This document shows positions 33,803-42,180 of a stretch of DNA of 64,000 nt, piece after piece; positions within the stretch are counted from its first letter, which is position 1, and each line of letters begins with the position of its first letter. This DNA is from Escherichia coli. Lineage in GTDB: Bacteria > Pseudomonadota > Gammaproteobacteria > Enterobacterales > Enterobacteriaceae. Both the position numbers and the translations under genes were made by a program. The notes under the pieces are model-generated. The model worked only from the letters and a program-made list of their open reading frames with translations, was not told the origin of the DNA and searched no databases. The stretch is from NCBI RefSeq assembly GCF_965641715.1, contig NZ_OZ282453.1. One strand, 5' to 3'.

Positions 33803-35158
33803 ATGTTTTCAGAAGTCATGCGTTATATTCTCGATCTCGGCCCTACGGTGATGTTGCCGATTGTCATCATTATTTTTTCTAAAATTTTAGGCATGAAGGC
33901 AGGCGATTGCTTTAAAGCGGGTCTGCATATCGGGATTGGCTTTGTTGGCATTGGCCTTGTGATTGGCTTAATGCTGGATTCCATTGGTCCGGCGGCGAAA
34001 GCGATGGCGGAAAATTTCGACCTGAATCTGCATGTGGTCGATGTCGGCTGGCCGGGCTCTTCACCAATGACCTGGGCGTCGCAAATTGCGCTGGTGGCGA
34101 TTCCGATTGCGATTCTGGTTAACGTGGCGATGTTACTGACCCGTATGACGCGGGTGGTAAATGTTGATATCTGGAATATCTGGCATATGACCTTCACCGG
34201 CGCGTTGCTGCATCTGGCAACCGGTTCATGGATGATAGGGATGGCAGGTGTGGTAATTCACGCGGCGTTTGTTTATAAGCTCGGCGACTGGTTTGCCCGC
34301 GATACCCGAAATTTCTTTGAGCTGGAAGGCATTGCAATCCCGCACGGTACGTCGGCGTATATGGGGCCAATTGCGGTGCTGGTCGATGCTATCATCGAGA
34401 AAATCCCAGGCGTTAACCGAATTAAATTTAGCGCCGACGATATTCAGCGCAAATTTGGTCCGTTTGGCGAGCCTGTCACCGTGGGTTTTGTGATGGGGCT
34501 GATTATCGGCATCCTCGCGGATTACGATGTCAAAGGTGTATTGCAGCTGGCGGTAAAAACGGCGGCAGTTATGCTGCTGATGCCACGGGTGATTAAACCC
34601 ATCATGGATGGTTTAACGCCCATCGCTAAGCAGGCCCGTAGTCGTTTACAGGCGAAGTTCGGCGGTCAGGAGTTCCTGATTGGCCTGGATCCCGCATTAC
34701 TGCTGGGGCATACGGCGGTGGTATCGGCAAGCCTGATTTTTATTCCACTCACCATTTTAATTGCTGTTTGTGTGCCGGGTAATCAGGTGCTGCCGTTTGG
34801 CGATCTTGCCACTATCGGCTTCTTTGTGGCGATGGCGGTCGCGGTGCATCGTGGAAATCTGTTCCGCACCTTAATCTCGGGTGTCATCATTATGAGCATC
34901 ACCCTGTGGATCGCGACGCAAACTATTGGTTTGCACACCCAACTGGCGGCTAATGCTGGGGCGTTAAAAGCCGGAGGTATGGTGGCTTCAATGGATCAGG
35001 GCGGTTCTCCCATTACCTGGTTACTGATTCAGGTTTTCTCCCCGCAAAATATTCCCGGTTTCATTATTATCGGCGCAATTTATCTTACCGGTATTTTCAT
35101 GACCTGGCGTAGAGCGCGTGGTTTTATTAAACAAGAGAAAGCCGTTCTCGCAGAATAA
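33803..35158 (+). CDS. gatC: PTS galactitol-specific EIIC permease
   Basis: 451 aa polytopic membrane protein. Confidence 0.9.
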   Translation: MFSEVMRYILDLGPTVMLPIVIIIFSKILGMKAGDCFKAGLHIGIGFVGIGLVIGLMLDSIGPAAKAMAENFDLNLHVVDVGWPGSSPMTWASQIALVAIPIAILVNVAMLLTRMTRVVNVDIWNIWHMTFTGALLHLATGSWMIGMAGVVIHAAFVYKLGDWFARDTRNFFELEGIAIPHGTSAYMGPIAVLVDAIIEKIPGVNRIKFSADDIQRKFGPFGEPVTVGFVMGLIIGILADYDVKGVLQLAVKTAAVMLLMPRVIKPIMDGLTPIAKQARSRLQAKFGGQEFLIGLDPALLLGHTAVVSASLIFIPLTILIAVCVPGNQVLPFGDLATIGFFVAMAVAVHRGNLFRTLISGVIIMSITLWIATQTIGLHTQLAANAGALKAGGMVASMDQGGSPITWLLIQVFSPQNIPGFIIIGAIYLTGIFMTWRRARGFIKQEKAVLAE

Positions 35159-35205
35159 TTTTTACCTGAGGGGGAGGTTATCCCCCTTAACAATCAGGAG
35201 TTTTT

Positions 35206-36246
35206 ATGAAATCAGTGGTGAATGATACTGATGGTATCGTGCGCGTTGCAGAAAGCGTCATTCCTGAAATTAAACATCAGGATGAGGTGCGGGTAAAAAT
35301 TGCCAGCTCGGGCTTATGTGGTTCCGATTTACCCAGGATATTTAAAAATGGTGCACATTATTATCCAATAACGTTAGGCCATGAATTTAGCGGCTATATT
35401 GATGCGGTAGGATCCGGTGTTGATGATTTACACCCTGGCGATGCGGTTGCCTGTGTGCCGTTATTACCCTGTTTTACTTGTCCAGAGTGTCTGAAAGGGT
35501 TTTATTCCCAGTGCGCAAAATATGATTTTATTGGCTCACGGCGTGATGGTGGATTTGCCGAATATATTGTCGTTAAGCGAAACAATGTCTTTGCACTACC
35601 TGCGGATATGCCTATTGAGGATGGGGCTTTTATTGAACCGATTACCGTTGGCCTGCATGCTTTTCATTTAGCGCAAGGTTGTGAGAATAAAAACGTTATT
35701 ATTATTGGTGCCGGAACCATTGGCCTGCTGGCCATTCAGTGCGCTGTCGCGCTGGGAGCAAAGAGTGTGACGGCGATCGACATTAGCTCAGAAAAACTGG
35801 CACTGGCAAAATCTTTCGGTGCGATGCAAACATTTAACAGTAGCGAAATGAGCGCGCCGCAAATGCAGGGCGTTTTACGCGAGCTGCGCTTTAATCAGCT
35901 TATCCTCGAGACGGCTGGCGTACCGCAAACTGTGGAACTGGCGGTAGAGATTGCCGGTCCTCATGCCCAACTGGCGCTGGTGGGGACGTTGCATCAGGAT
36001 CTGCATTTAACATCGGCAACGTTTGGCAAAATATTGCGTAAAGAGCTGACGGTTATCGGCAGTTGGATGAACTACTCCAGCCCTTGGCCTGGGCAGGAGT
36101 GGGAAACGGCGAGCCGGTTGCTGACAGAACGTAAGTTAAGCCTGGAGCCATTAATCGCTCACCGTGGAAGCTTTGAATGCTTCGCCCAGGCGGTGCGTGA
36201 CATCGCTCGTAATGCTATGCCGGGCAAAGTGTTGCTCATTCCCTGA
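35206..36246 (+). CDS. gatD: Galactitol-1-phosphate 5-dehydrogenase (Zn-dependent MDR family)
   Basis: 346 aa; zinc-ADH motifs (GHEFSGYI, structural Cys cluster CFTCPECL). Confidence 0.9.
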   Translation: MKSVVNDTDGIVRVAESVIPEIKHQDEVRVKIASSGLCGSDLPRIFKNGAHYYPITLGHEFSGYIDAVGSGVDDLHPGDAVACVPLLPCFTCPECLKGFYSQCAKYDFIGSRRDGGFAEYIVVKRNNVFALPADMPIEDGAFIEPITVGLHAFHLAQGCENKNVIIIGAGTIGLLAIQCAVALGAKSVTAIDISSEKLALAKSFGAMQTFNSSEMSAPQMQGVLRELRFNQLILETAGVPQTVELAVEIAGPHAQLALVGTLHQDLHLTSATFGKILRKELTVIGSWMNYSSPWPGQEWETASRLLTERKLSLEPLIAHRGSFECFAQAVRDIARNAMPGKVLLIP

Positions 36247-36345
36247 AACCGCGGGCCAGCGTGATGCTGGCCCGGTATTGTGCAAAACAGATCATTCACC
36301 AATGGTCCCCCTTCGTTTACACTAGCCACAATTGAATATGGGTAA

Positions 36346-37125
36346 ATGACGATGAATTCATTCGAGCGAAGGAATAAGATCATCCAATTAGTGAATGAAC
36401 AGGGAACCGTGCTTGTTCAGGATCTGGCGGGAGTATTTGCTGCCTCGGAAGCGACAATCCGTGCCGATTTGCGCTTTCTCGAACAAAAAGGCGTGGTTAC
36501 GCGCTTTCATGGCGGTGCGGCGAAAATAATGTCCGGTAATAGTGAAACCGAGACCCAGGAAGTCGGGTTTAAAGAGCGATTTCAGCTCGCCAGCGCGCCA
36601 AAAAACAGAATAGCGCAGGCGGCAGTCAAAATGATCCACGAAGGGATGACCGTTATTCTCGACAGCGGAAGTACGACAATGCTTATCGCCGAAGGATTAA
36701 TGACCGCCAAAAATATCACGGTGATTACCAACAGTCTCCCGGCAGCGTTTGCCCTTTCCGAAAATAAAGACATTACTCTGGTCGTCTGCGGTGGCACGGT
36801 CCGCCATAAAACGCGCTCGATGCATGGTTCCATTGCCGAGCGTTCATTGCAGGATATTAATGCCGATTTAATGTTTGTCGGTGCTGATGGTATTGATGCG
36901 GTTAATGGTATTACGACCTTTAATGAAGGTTATTCGATTAGCGGGGCGATGGTCACCGCCGCTAATAAAGTGATTGCCGTTCTCGATTCATCGAAATTTA
37001 ACCGTCGCGGTTTTAATCAGGTACTGCCAATCGAAAAAATCGACATTATTATTACCGACGATGCTGTGTCAGAGGTGGATAAACTGGCATTGCAGAAGAC
37101 ACGGGTGAAATTAATTACGGTGTAG
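36346..37125 (+). CDS. gatR: DeoR-family repressor of the gat operon, uninterrupted
   Basis: 259-aa ORF with N-terminal HTH and DeoR C-terminal domain; no IS element interrupts it here. Confidence 0.85.
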   Translation: MTMNSFERRNKIIQLVNEQGTVLVQDLAGVFAASEATIRADLRFLEQKGVVTRFHGGAAKIMSGNSETETQEVGFKERFQLASAPKNRIAQAAVKMIHEGMTVILDSGSTTMLIAEGLMTAKNITVITNSLPAAFALSENKDITLVVCGGTVRHKTRSMHGSIAERSLQDINADLMFVGADGIDAVNGITTFNEGYSISGAMVTAANKVIAVLDSSKFNRRGFNQVLPIEKIDIIITDDAVSEVDKLALQKTRVKLITV

Positions 37126-37129
37126 TATT

Positions 37130-37200
37130 GTTCTGTATGCCGGATAAGGTATTTACACCGCATCCGGCATTACGGATTCTCCCTGGTTCAAGAGAGAATA
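37130..37200. repeat. REP-like palindromic element
   Basis: Seen: tgccggataaggtatttacaccgcatccggca. Confidence 0.55.
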
Positions 37201-37206
37201 GTTTGA

Positions 37207-38106
37207 TTAACGCAATAATGGACAATCTGGTGGTAATCGACAACGCAACGCCGCCGGAAGTATTTCAATATGGAAGTTTTGCCCACTCAACGGTTCGCCA
37301 TCAAGATTAAAAGTGATTTCGTGTGGGGCTTGTATATCAAACCACGACGAAGCGCCTTCGATAATATTCGGGTTATCTTCGTCAGATTTTAAGGTTGATA
37401 CGAGAGCCGGAAGAATTTCATCGCCGGTAAAAATGCGCAGTTGCAGCAAGCCATCGTTAATTAACGCGTTCGGACACAATTGCTGACCGCCACCGGCCTG
37501 ACGCCCGTTACCAATACCAATGACCAGGGCGTCACCTTGCCAGTGAAAGTTTTCACCGCGGATTTCACAACGGTCCGGTTGCAGAGTATCCATGCGCATT
37601 AAGCCATGAATGATGTAAGAGACGCCACCCAGCGCGGCTTTTAATTTTTCCGGCGTTTCTGTGGTAATACGTGTCCCAAACCCGCCTGTCGCCATATTAA
37701 TAAAACAGGTTTGTTTGTTGACCTGCGCCATATCTATCGCAATGGCGTTACCGGCAATTGCCAGTTTCAGCGCCTTATCCAGTGCCTCAGGAATCCCTAC
37801 ACTGGTGGCAAAATCATTGGCGGTTCCTAATGGCAAAATTCCCAGCGCGGGTATGTTATCCCCCTCACACTGAATCAACGCCGTAGAAACTTCATTAATG
37901 GTGCCATCGCCACCACCGGCAATCACCGTTGCGACGCCCAACTTCCGGGCCTCCTCTACATATCGTGCGGCATCGCCTTTCTCCCAGGTGACCCGCACAT
38001 GGATCGTCATTCCTTCCTCACGCAACAGCATAATTGCTTCGCGCAATGGTAAATTGTCAGTACTTTTGCCATTAAGAATCAGTAAGCTGGCGGGAAATTC
38101 TGCCAT
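37207..38106 (-). CDS. yegS: Lipid kinase YegS (DAGK catalytic-domain family)
   Basis: 299 aa; N-terminus [15 protein letters not shown]; GGDGT motif. Confidence 0.9.
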   Translation of the reverse strand: MAEFPASLLILNGKSTDNLPLREAIMLLREEGMTIHVRVTWEKGDAARYVEEARKLGVATVIAGGGDGTINEVSTALIQCEGDNIPALGILPLGTANDFATSVGIPEALDKALKLAIAGNAIAIDMAQVNKQTCFINMATGGFGTRITTETPEKLKAALGGVSYIIHGLMRMDTLQPDRCEIRGENFHWQGDALVIGIGNGRQAGGGQQLCPNALINDGLLQLRIFTGDEILPALVSTLKSDEDNPNIIEGASSWFDIQAPHEITFNLDGEPLSGQNFHIEILPAALRCRLPPDCPLLR

Positions 38107-38519
38107 GATCGTATGTGCCTTTATGATTGGTCTGTAGATAGTGTAGAGCAGAAAAGAAAAGGTGGAGTCAGAACAGGATGAAAGTCGGAGGATAAAAAGT
38201 CAGTTCAAGTATGGGGGATTCAGTGGTTACCACCAGGAGCTTGCAATGGGAACAGCGAATATTAACGGTAGCCACCGATAAATTTCAAAAAAGAGCATAT
38301 GCCTAATATTCAACCAAACAGTGGCATCTTAAATATACTATTCCAAATATATTAAAGCCCCCATGGAGTTACCCGGAAGGGCCTCCATGTCCGTAATTCC
38401 TACTTATGTAGGAAATGTTGTACAGAACATTTATTATAATCCTATTCAAATATAATAATCAGCCATTATTATATTTAAACACTAGAGAGTGTCGTTGGTA
38501 TTTAATGGGGAAAGGTGAG

Positions 38520-38837
38520 ATGAAAAAGATAGCTGCTATATCATTAATTAGTATTTTTATTATGTCTGGTTGTGCTGTGCATAATGATGAGACAAGTATC
38601 GGTAAATTTGGTCTTGCATATAAAAGTAATATTCAGCGTAAACTCGATAACCAATACTACACCGAAGCCGAAGCTTCTTTAGCCAGGGGCAGAATATCTG
38701 GTGCAGAAAATATAGTAAAAAATGATGCAGCCCATTTCTGTGTTACTCAGGGCAAAAAAATGCAGATAGTTGACCTGAAGACAGAAGGTGCAGGATTACA
38801 TGGCGTCGCTCGTCTGACATTCAAATGTGGAGAGTGA
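38520..38837 (+). CDS. yegR: Small lipoprotein YegR-like (105 aa)
   Basis: MKKIAAISLISIFIMSGC lipobox; AT-rich; start chosen at the internal ATG of the track ORF. Confidence 0.6.
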   Translation: MKKIAAISLISIFIMSGCAVHNDETSIGKFGLAYKSNIQRKLDNQYYTEAEASLARGRISGAENIVKNDAAHFCVTQGKKMQIVDLKTEGAGLHGVARLTFKCGE

Positions 38838-38995
38838 GAATATTTTTTGGTAAGCGTCAAACATGCGCGTTCTGGTTGTGCTTAGCCGGAACCTGTGCGA
38901 GCACGATGCCAATAAGTGAAAGGCATCGTGCTATGAAGGGAGATTCTATCGATGTGGTCAATGGAAGACGGTGACCAGGGATAGGGCTTATGCAT

Positions 38996-39022
38996 AAAAA
39001 ATAAGCCCGTGTAAGGGCGTTT
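38996..39022. other. P2-type integrase core/attachment sequence (prophage boundary on the int side)
   Basis: Seen: aaaaaataagcccgtgtaaggg, matching the P2 att core AAAAAATAAGCCCGTGTAAGGG as I recall it; lies about 80 bp from the int stop. Confidence 0.65.
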
Positions 39023-39101
39023 ATATACCCTTACAACAGGGGCTTTCAGCGGTGCAATGCGGGTTTGCGCGGCACGCAAGACCACTGAAAGCCATAATAA
39101 A

Positions 39102-40115
39102 CTACCCTACTGTGGACACTGTGTGGACACTCTGAGAGCCAACACCACCACGTAGAGGATTAAGCGTTATCGCGTCCTGTAGGTACTCAGGGGCGAAGTG
39201 CGCATATGTCATTGTCTGCTCAATTCTTGAATGCCCAAGTATTCTCTGAAGCGTGATAATGTTGCCTCCGTTTATCATAAAGTGCGTGGCGAAGCTGTGC
39301 CGCAATGCGTGCGTAGCCTGACCCGGTGGTAGGTCGGGTTTCAGCTCCTTCATTAGCCGTCTGAACGCGGGATAGTTAGCATCAGTGAACAGATAGCCAC
39401 GCTTACCCGTTGTGATCATTGTTGCCAGTTCCTCGGATATAGGAACGGTTCGCGGCTTGTTGGTTTTTGTCTTAACGAAAGTGACGCGATTTTGAATGAT
39501 ATTTTCCGCTTTCAGTTTTGCTGCCTCACTCCATCTCGCGCCGGTGCTAAGGCAAAGAATCGCAATTTTTTTATTATCACCGTCCACTTTTGACAGCAGA
39601 AGCGCGATCTCCTCTTGCGTCAGGTAGCCGGTTTCTGGCTTATCCTCTTTGAGTCTTTTAAGACCTCGGAAAGGATGCTCCCCGAAAAATAGCTCCGCAT
39701 CTATCAACGCGGTAAACATCCCGCTAAGACACGTTAAATCACGATTTATACTCGATGGCTTGATGCCTTGAGAACGCCGCACAGTGCTGTATTGGCTTAT
39801 CAATGACTTAGTAATCTGAAAGGCACAAGGGTCACTGGTTATCTTTGTGAACAACTCTAACTTGCCCAGGTAATCTCGGCCGTGAGTTTCATACTTGCCT
39901 TTCAGCTCCCACCAGATTTTTGTTAGCTCTGACAGATGCCGCTTATCTGTCGGTTTCGCCAACCATTTTTTGTTGTGATGGTTGTACTGGGTATGCTTCT
40001 CGAAAGCGATAGCTTCGCTTTTCTTGTCAAATTTCCTGCGGATGCGCTTTCCGTTGCGCCCTGCAGGTCTAATGTCCACTTCATAACGACCATCATCGAG
40101 CTTTTTAACAGACAT
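39102..40115 (-). CDS. int: P2-type tyrosine integrase
   Basis: About 337 aa from MSVKKLDDGRYEVDIRPAGRNGKRIRRKF; C-terminal catalytic motifs HALRHSFATHF and LGHSRIEQTMTYAHF. Confidence 0.9.
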   Translation of the reverse strand: MSVKKLDDGRYEVDIRPAGRNGKRIRRKFDKKSEAIAFEKHTQYNHHNKKWLAKPTDKRHLSELTKIWWELKGKYETHGRDYLGKLELFTKITSDPCAFQITKSLISQYSTVRRSQGIKPSSINRDLTCLSGMFTALIDAELFFGEHPFRGLKRLKEDKPETGYLTQEEIALLLSKVDGDNKKIAILCLSTGARWSEAAKLKAENIIQNRVTFVKTKTNKPRTVPISEELATMITTGKRGYLFTDANYPAFRRLMKELKPDLPPGQATHALRHSFATHFMINGGNIITLQRILGHSRIEQTMTYAHFAPEYLQDAITLNPLRGGVGSQSVHTVSTVG

Positions 40116-40211
40116 AAAGCCTCCCGATGATGTTACTGCGTACTTCAATTTCCTGATTTAAATAACAAAAACTCACCGTGCATTTACTGCACAGATAAGC
40201 ACCGTAAATGG

Positions 40212-40508
40212 TTAGCCAGTTTTCTGGTCTGAGTGGGGTGACGTTGTTGTCTGCTGCCCAAAGTGCGCGAGAGCCGGTGCAATCTGCCCAGCTTCTGGTG
40301 ATATCGTCTCAGTCATGAACCACATGGTATATTTTTTGAACTGTGGATGATTCAAAATCTTCATCACTGCTTGTATGCCCATATCTTTTACTCCCTTCTC
40401 ATAACTAGAAAGAGAGCTATACGGAACTCCAGTTAAGTCACTGAATTCTTTTCTATTCATACGTTCCGACTCACGCATGATGGCCAGCTTCTCGTTGACG
40501 GGTATCAT
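40212..40508 (-). CDS. C: Immunity repressor C (HTH)
   Basis: About 98 aa from MIPVNEKLAIMRESERMNRKEFSDLTGVPYSSLSSYEKG; divergent from cox. Confidence 0.75.
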   Translation of the reverse strand: MIPVNEKLAIMRESERMNRKEFSDLTGVPYSSLSSYEKGVKDMGIQAVMKILNHPQFKKYTMWFMTETISPEAGQIAPALAHFGQQTTTSPHSDQKTG

Positions 40509-40591
40509 CGTAATTAACACTCCACTATTGATAGAAAAACGATAACGGAGTAATCTTCGCTTCGTTACCGCAGATTTATGGCTCCAATATG

Positions 40592-40621
40592 GCAATTAAA
40601 AGCCATTAGGAGCAATTAAAA
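40592..40621. promoter_or_regulatory. Direct repeats GCAATTAAAA x2 spaced 20 bp in the C-cox switch region; candidate C operator half-sites around the early promoter
   Basis: Seen in sequence; P2 C repressor is known to bind direct repeats flanking the early promoter -35 (recalled). Confidence 0.4.
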
Positions 40622-40643
40622 CACTAACGAGGAATAGTCACAA

Positions 40644-40919
40644 ATGAATAGGGTCATTGAGAGCGCGAGCGACGCGGTTCCGTATCAGGAGTTTGCGCGT
40701 CTTATTGGTAAAACCCCTGCTGCTGTCAAAGGGATGATTGAGAAAGGCAAACTACCGATAGTTGAGATGACTGATCCGCAGTCTACAAGTGGGAGAGCAG
40801 GGGAATACCGGGTATATCTGCCAGCATGGAACAAAGGCATGAAGATGGCCTATGACAGTCGCCCTAAAGAAATTCGTGATGGTTGGTTGATGTGGTTGGG
40901 ATTAGGTGAACCAGCATAA
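40644..40919 (+). CDS. cox: Cox excisionase/early-promoter repressor
   Basis: 91 aa; strongly P2 Cox-like by recollection (AVPYQEFARLIGKT...GRAGEYRVYLPAWN...IRDGWLMWLGLGEP). Confidence 0.85.
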   Translation: MNRVIESASDAVPYQEFARLIGKTPAAVKGMIEKGKLPIVEMTDPQSTSGRAGEYRVYLPAWNKGMKMAYDSRPKEIRDGWLMWLGLGEPA

Positions 40920-41100
40920 GGAGCCAGAAATGAAAGAGCCACGTTGTATAGCTCAGTTACTGCGTAACGAAAGTCCACGCCCGATGAAGTTCAACATCAC
41001 TCATGGTAAAGGGCGTAAAGGCATCATCATCCGCACTCGCAAGCCTGGATTTATTGCTATGGCTAAACGCTTTATGAAATCCCGAGGGATATCGTTATGA
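40906..41100 (+). CDS. Small early-operon ORF (64 aa), hypothetical
   Basis: Track ORF; position between cox and B as in P2. Confidence 0.4.
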   Translation: MNQHKEPEMKEPRCIAQLLRNESPRPMKFNITHGKGRKGIIIRTRKPGFIAMAKRFMKSRGISL

Positions 41101-41597
41101 CGGTTATGACTCTTGCATTAGTTCAAAAACAACCTGCAGCTCTACGCGTCGTTATAGGAAAGCATCTTGCGGAACCTCGCTGGCACGATACCTGTGATTT
41201 TTATAATCAGATGATGGAGCGTGACCGCTTGACTGTCTGTTTTCATGCTCGGTTAAAACAGCGTCACGCAGTAATGCGCTTTGAAGAAATGAATGATGTC
41301 GACCGCGAACGTCTGGCTTGTGCTATCGATGAGCTGCGCGCTGCTTTTTCAAAACGTCGTCAGGTTGGCGCAAGTGAATCTGCATATATTAGTTTTCTAA
41401 CGGTGGGTCAGCGCCGCTCTTTATTTCTACACGCGGGATTGAGTGAGGTCGAGTTCAATCAGCCTTACTGGCGCATTGACGAAGATGCTTGTTATTGGCG
41501 AGAGAAACTATTCCGCGCTTTGCGTGAGCTTTTTGGGTTATTTGAACACGCGCCAACGATATTAACCTCGGTAAAGCCTGAGCAGTATTTACATTAA
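41097..41597 (+). CDS. B: Replication protein B (helicase loader-like)
   Basis: 166 aa; same length and position as P2 gpB. Confidence 0.7.
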   Translation: MTVMTLALVQKQPAALRVVIGKHLAEPRWHDTCDFYNQMMERDRLTVCFHARLKQRHAVMRFEEMNDVDRERLACAIDELRAAFSKRRQVGASESAYISFLTVGQRRSLFLHAGLSEVEFNQPYWRIDEDACYWREKLFRALRELFGLFEHAPTILTSVKPEQYLH

Positions 41598-41645
41598 TTA
41601 ATCTGGATTCGTTTTATTACACGCCTTACTGCGTGGGGATTCCTT

Positions 41646-41882
41646 TTGTCTGGAGATAGGCAAATGCATAAACAAAATAAAGTGCCGACGTGTGTGCTCT
41701 CGGTACATCTGGCGCAAGCGTTGCGCGATGCGCAGCTCGATACCGCGACCCGTTTATCCTCTCATTTTGATCGCCTAATTGCGCACATCAGTAAGTTAGA
41801 ACTCAACCGCACCGAGATCATCGAGCTATTGGGGCAAGAGTCCGAAAAATTGCACAACTCAATTTTTCATTGTGCTTGCTAA
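41646..41882 (+). CDS. Small early ORF (78 aa), hypothetical
   Basis: Track ORF; P2 has small ORFs here. Confidence 0.4.
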   Translation: MSGDRQMHKQNKVPTCVLSVHLAQALRDAQLDTATRLSSHFDRLIAHISKLELNRTEIIELLGQESEKLHNSIFHCAC

Positions 41883-41904
41883 TCAATTTTAGAAGGAGAC
41901 AAAA

Positions 41905-42180
41905 ATGAGTATCCGTATCGAGATAAATCATCAGTATGTAGTTACAAGCGATCGCTACCAGTTCATTTTGCAGGAAAAGAAAGTGGCGACTGCTGGAAAA
42001 AATAAAGGTAGCGAATGGCTTGATACTGTCGGGTATTACCCGACGATTCAAAAACTGATTTCTGGTCTGGTACTACATGACCTTTTAAATGGCGGTGCTG
42101 ATAGTTTTGCGGCGTTGGGTGAGCAGGTCGAGCAGTTGGGACTGCAATGTCAGACCGCGTTTTGTGCTGATGGCCGTTGA
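41905..42180 (+). CDS. Small early ORF (91 aa), hypothetical
   Basis: Track ORF. Confidence 0.4.
   Translation: MSIRIEINHQYVVTSDRYQFILQEKKVATAGKNKGSEWLDTVGYYPTIQKLISGLVLHDLLNGGADSFAALGEQVEQLGLQCQTAFCADGR

Noticed and set aside
38107-38519. Possible tRNA or other integration target near the prophage boundary
   Set aside because: No cloverleaf-like tRNA sequence was recognisable; P2-type integration uses a short core in intergenic DNA rather than a tRNA gene.
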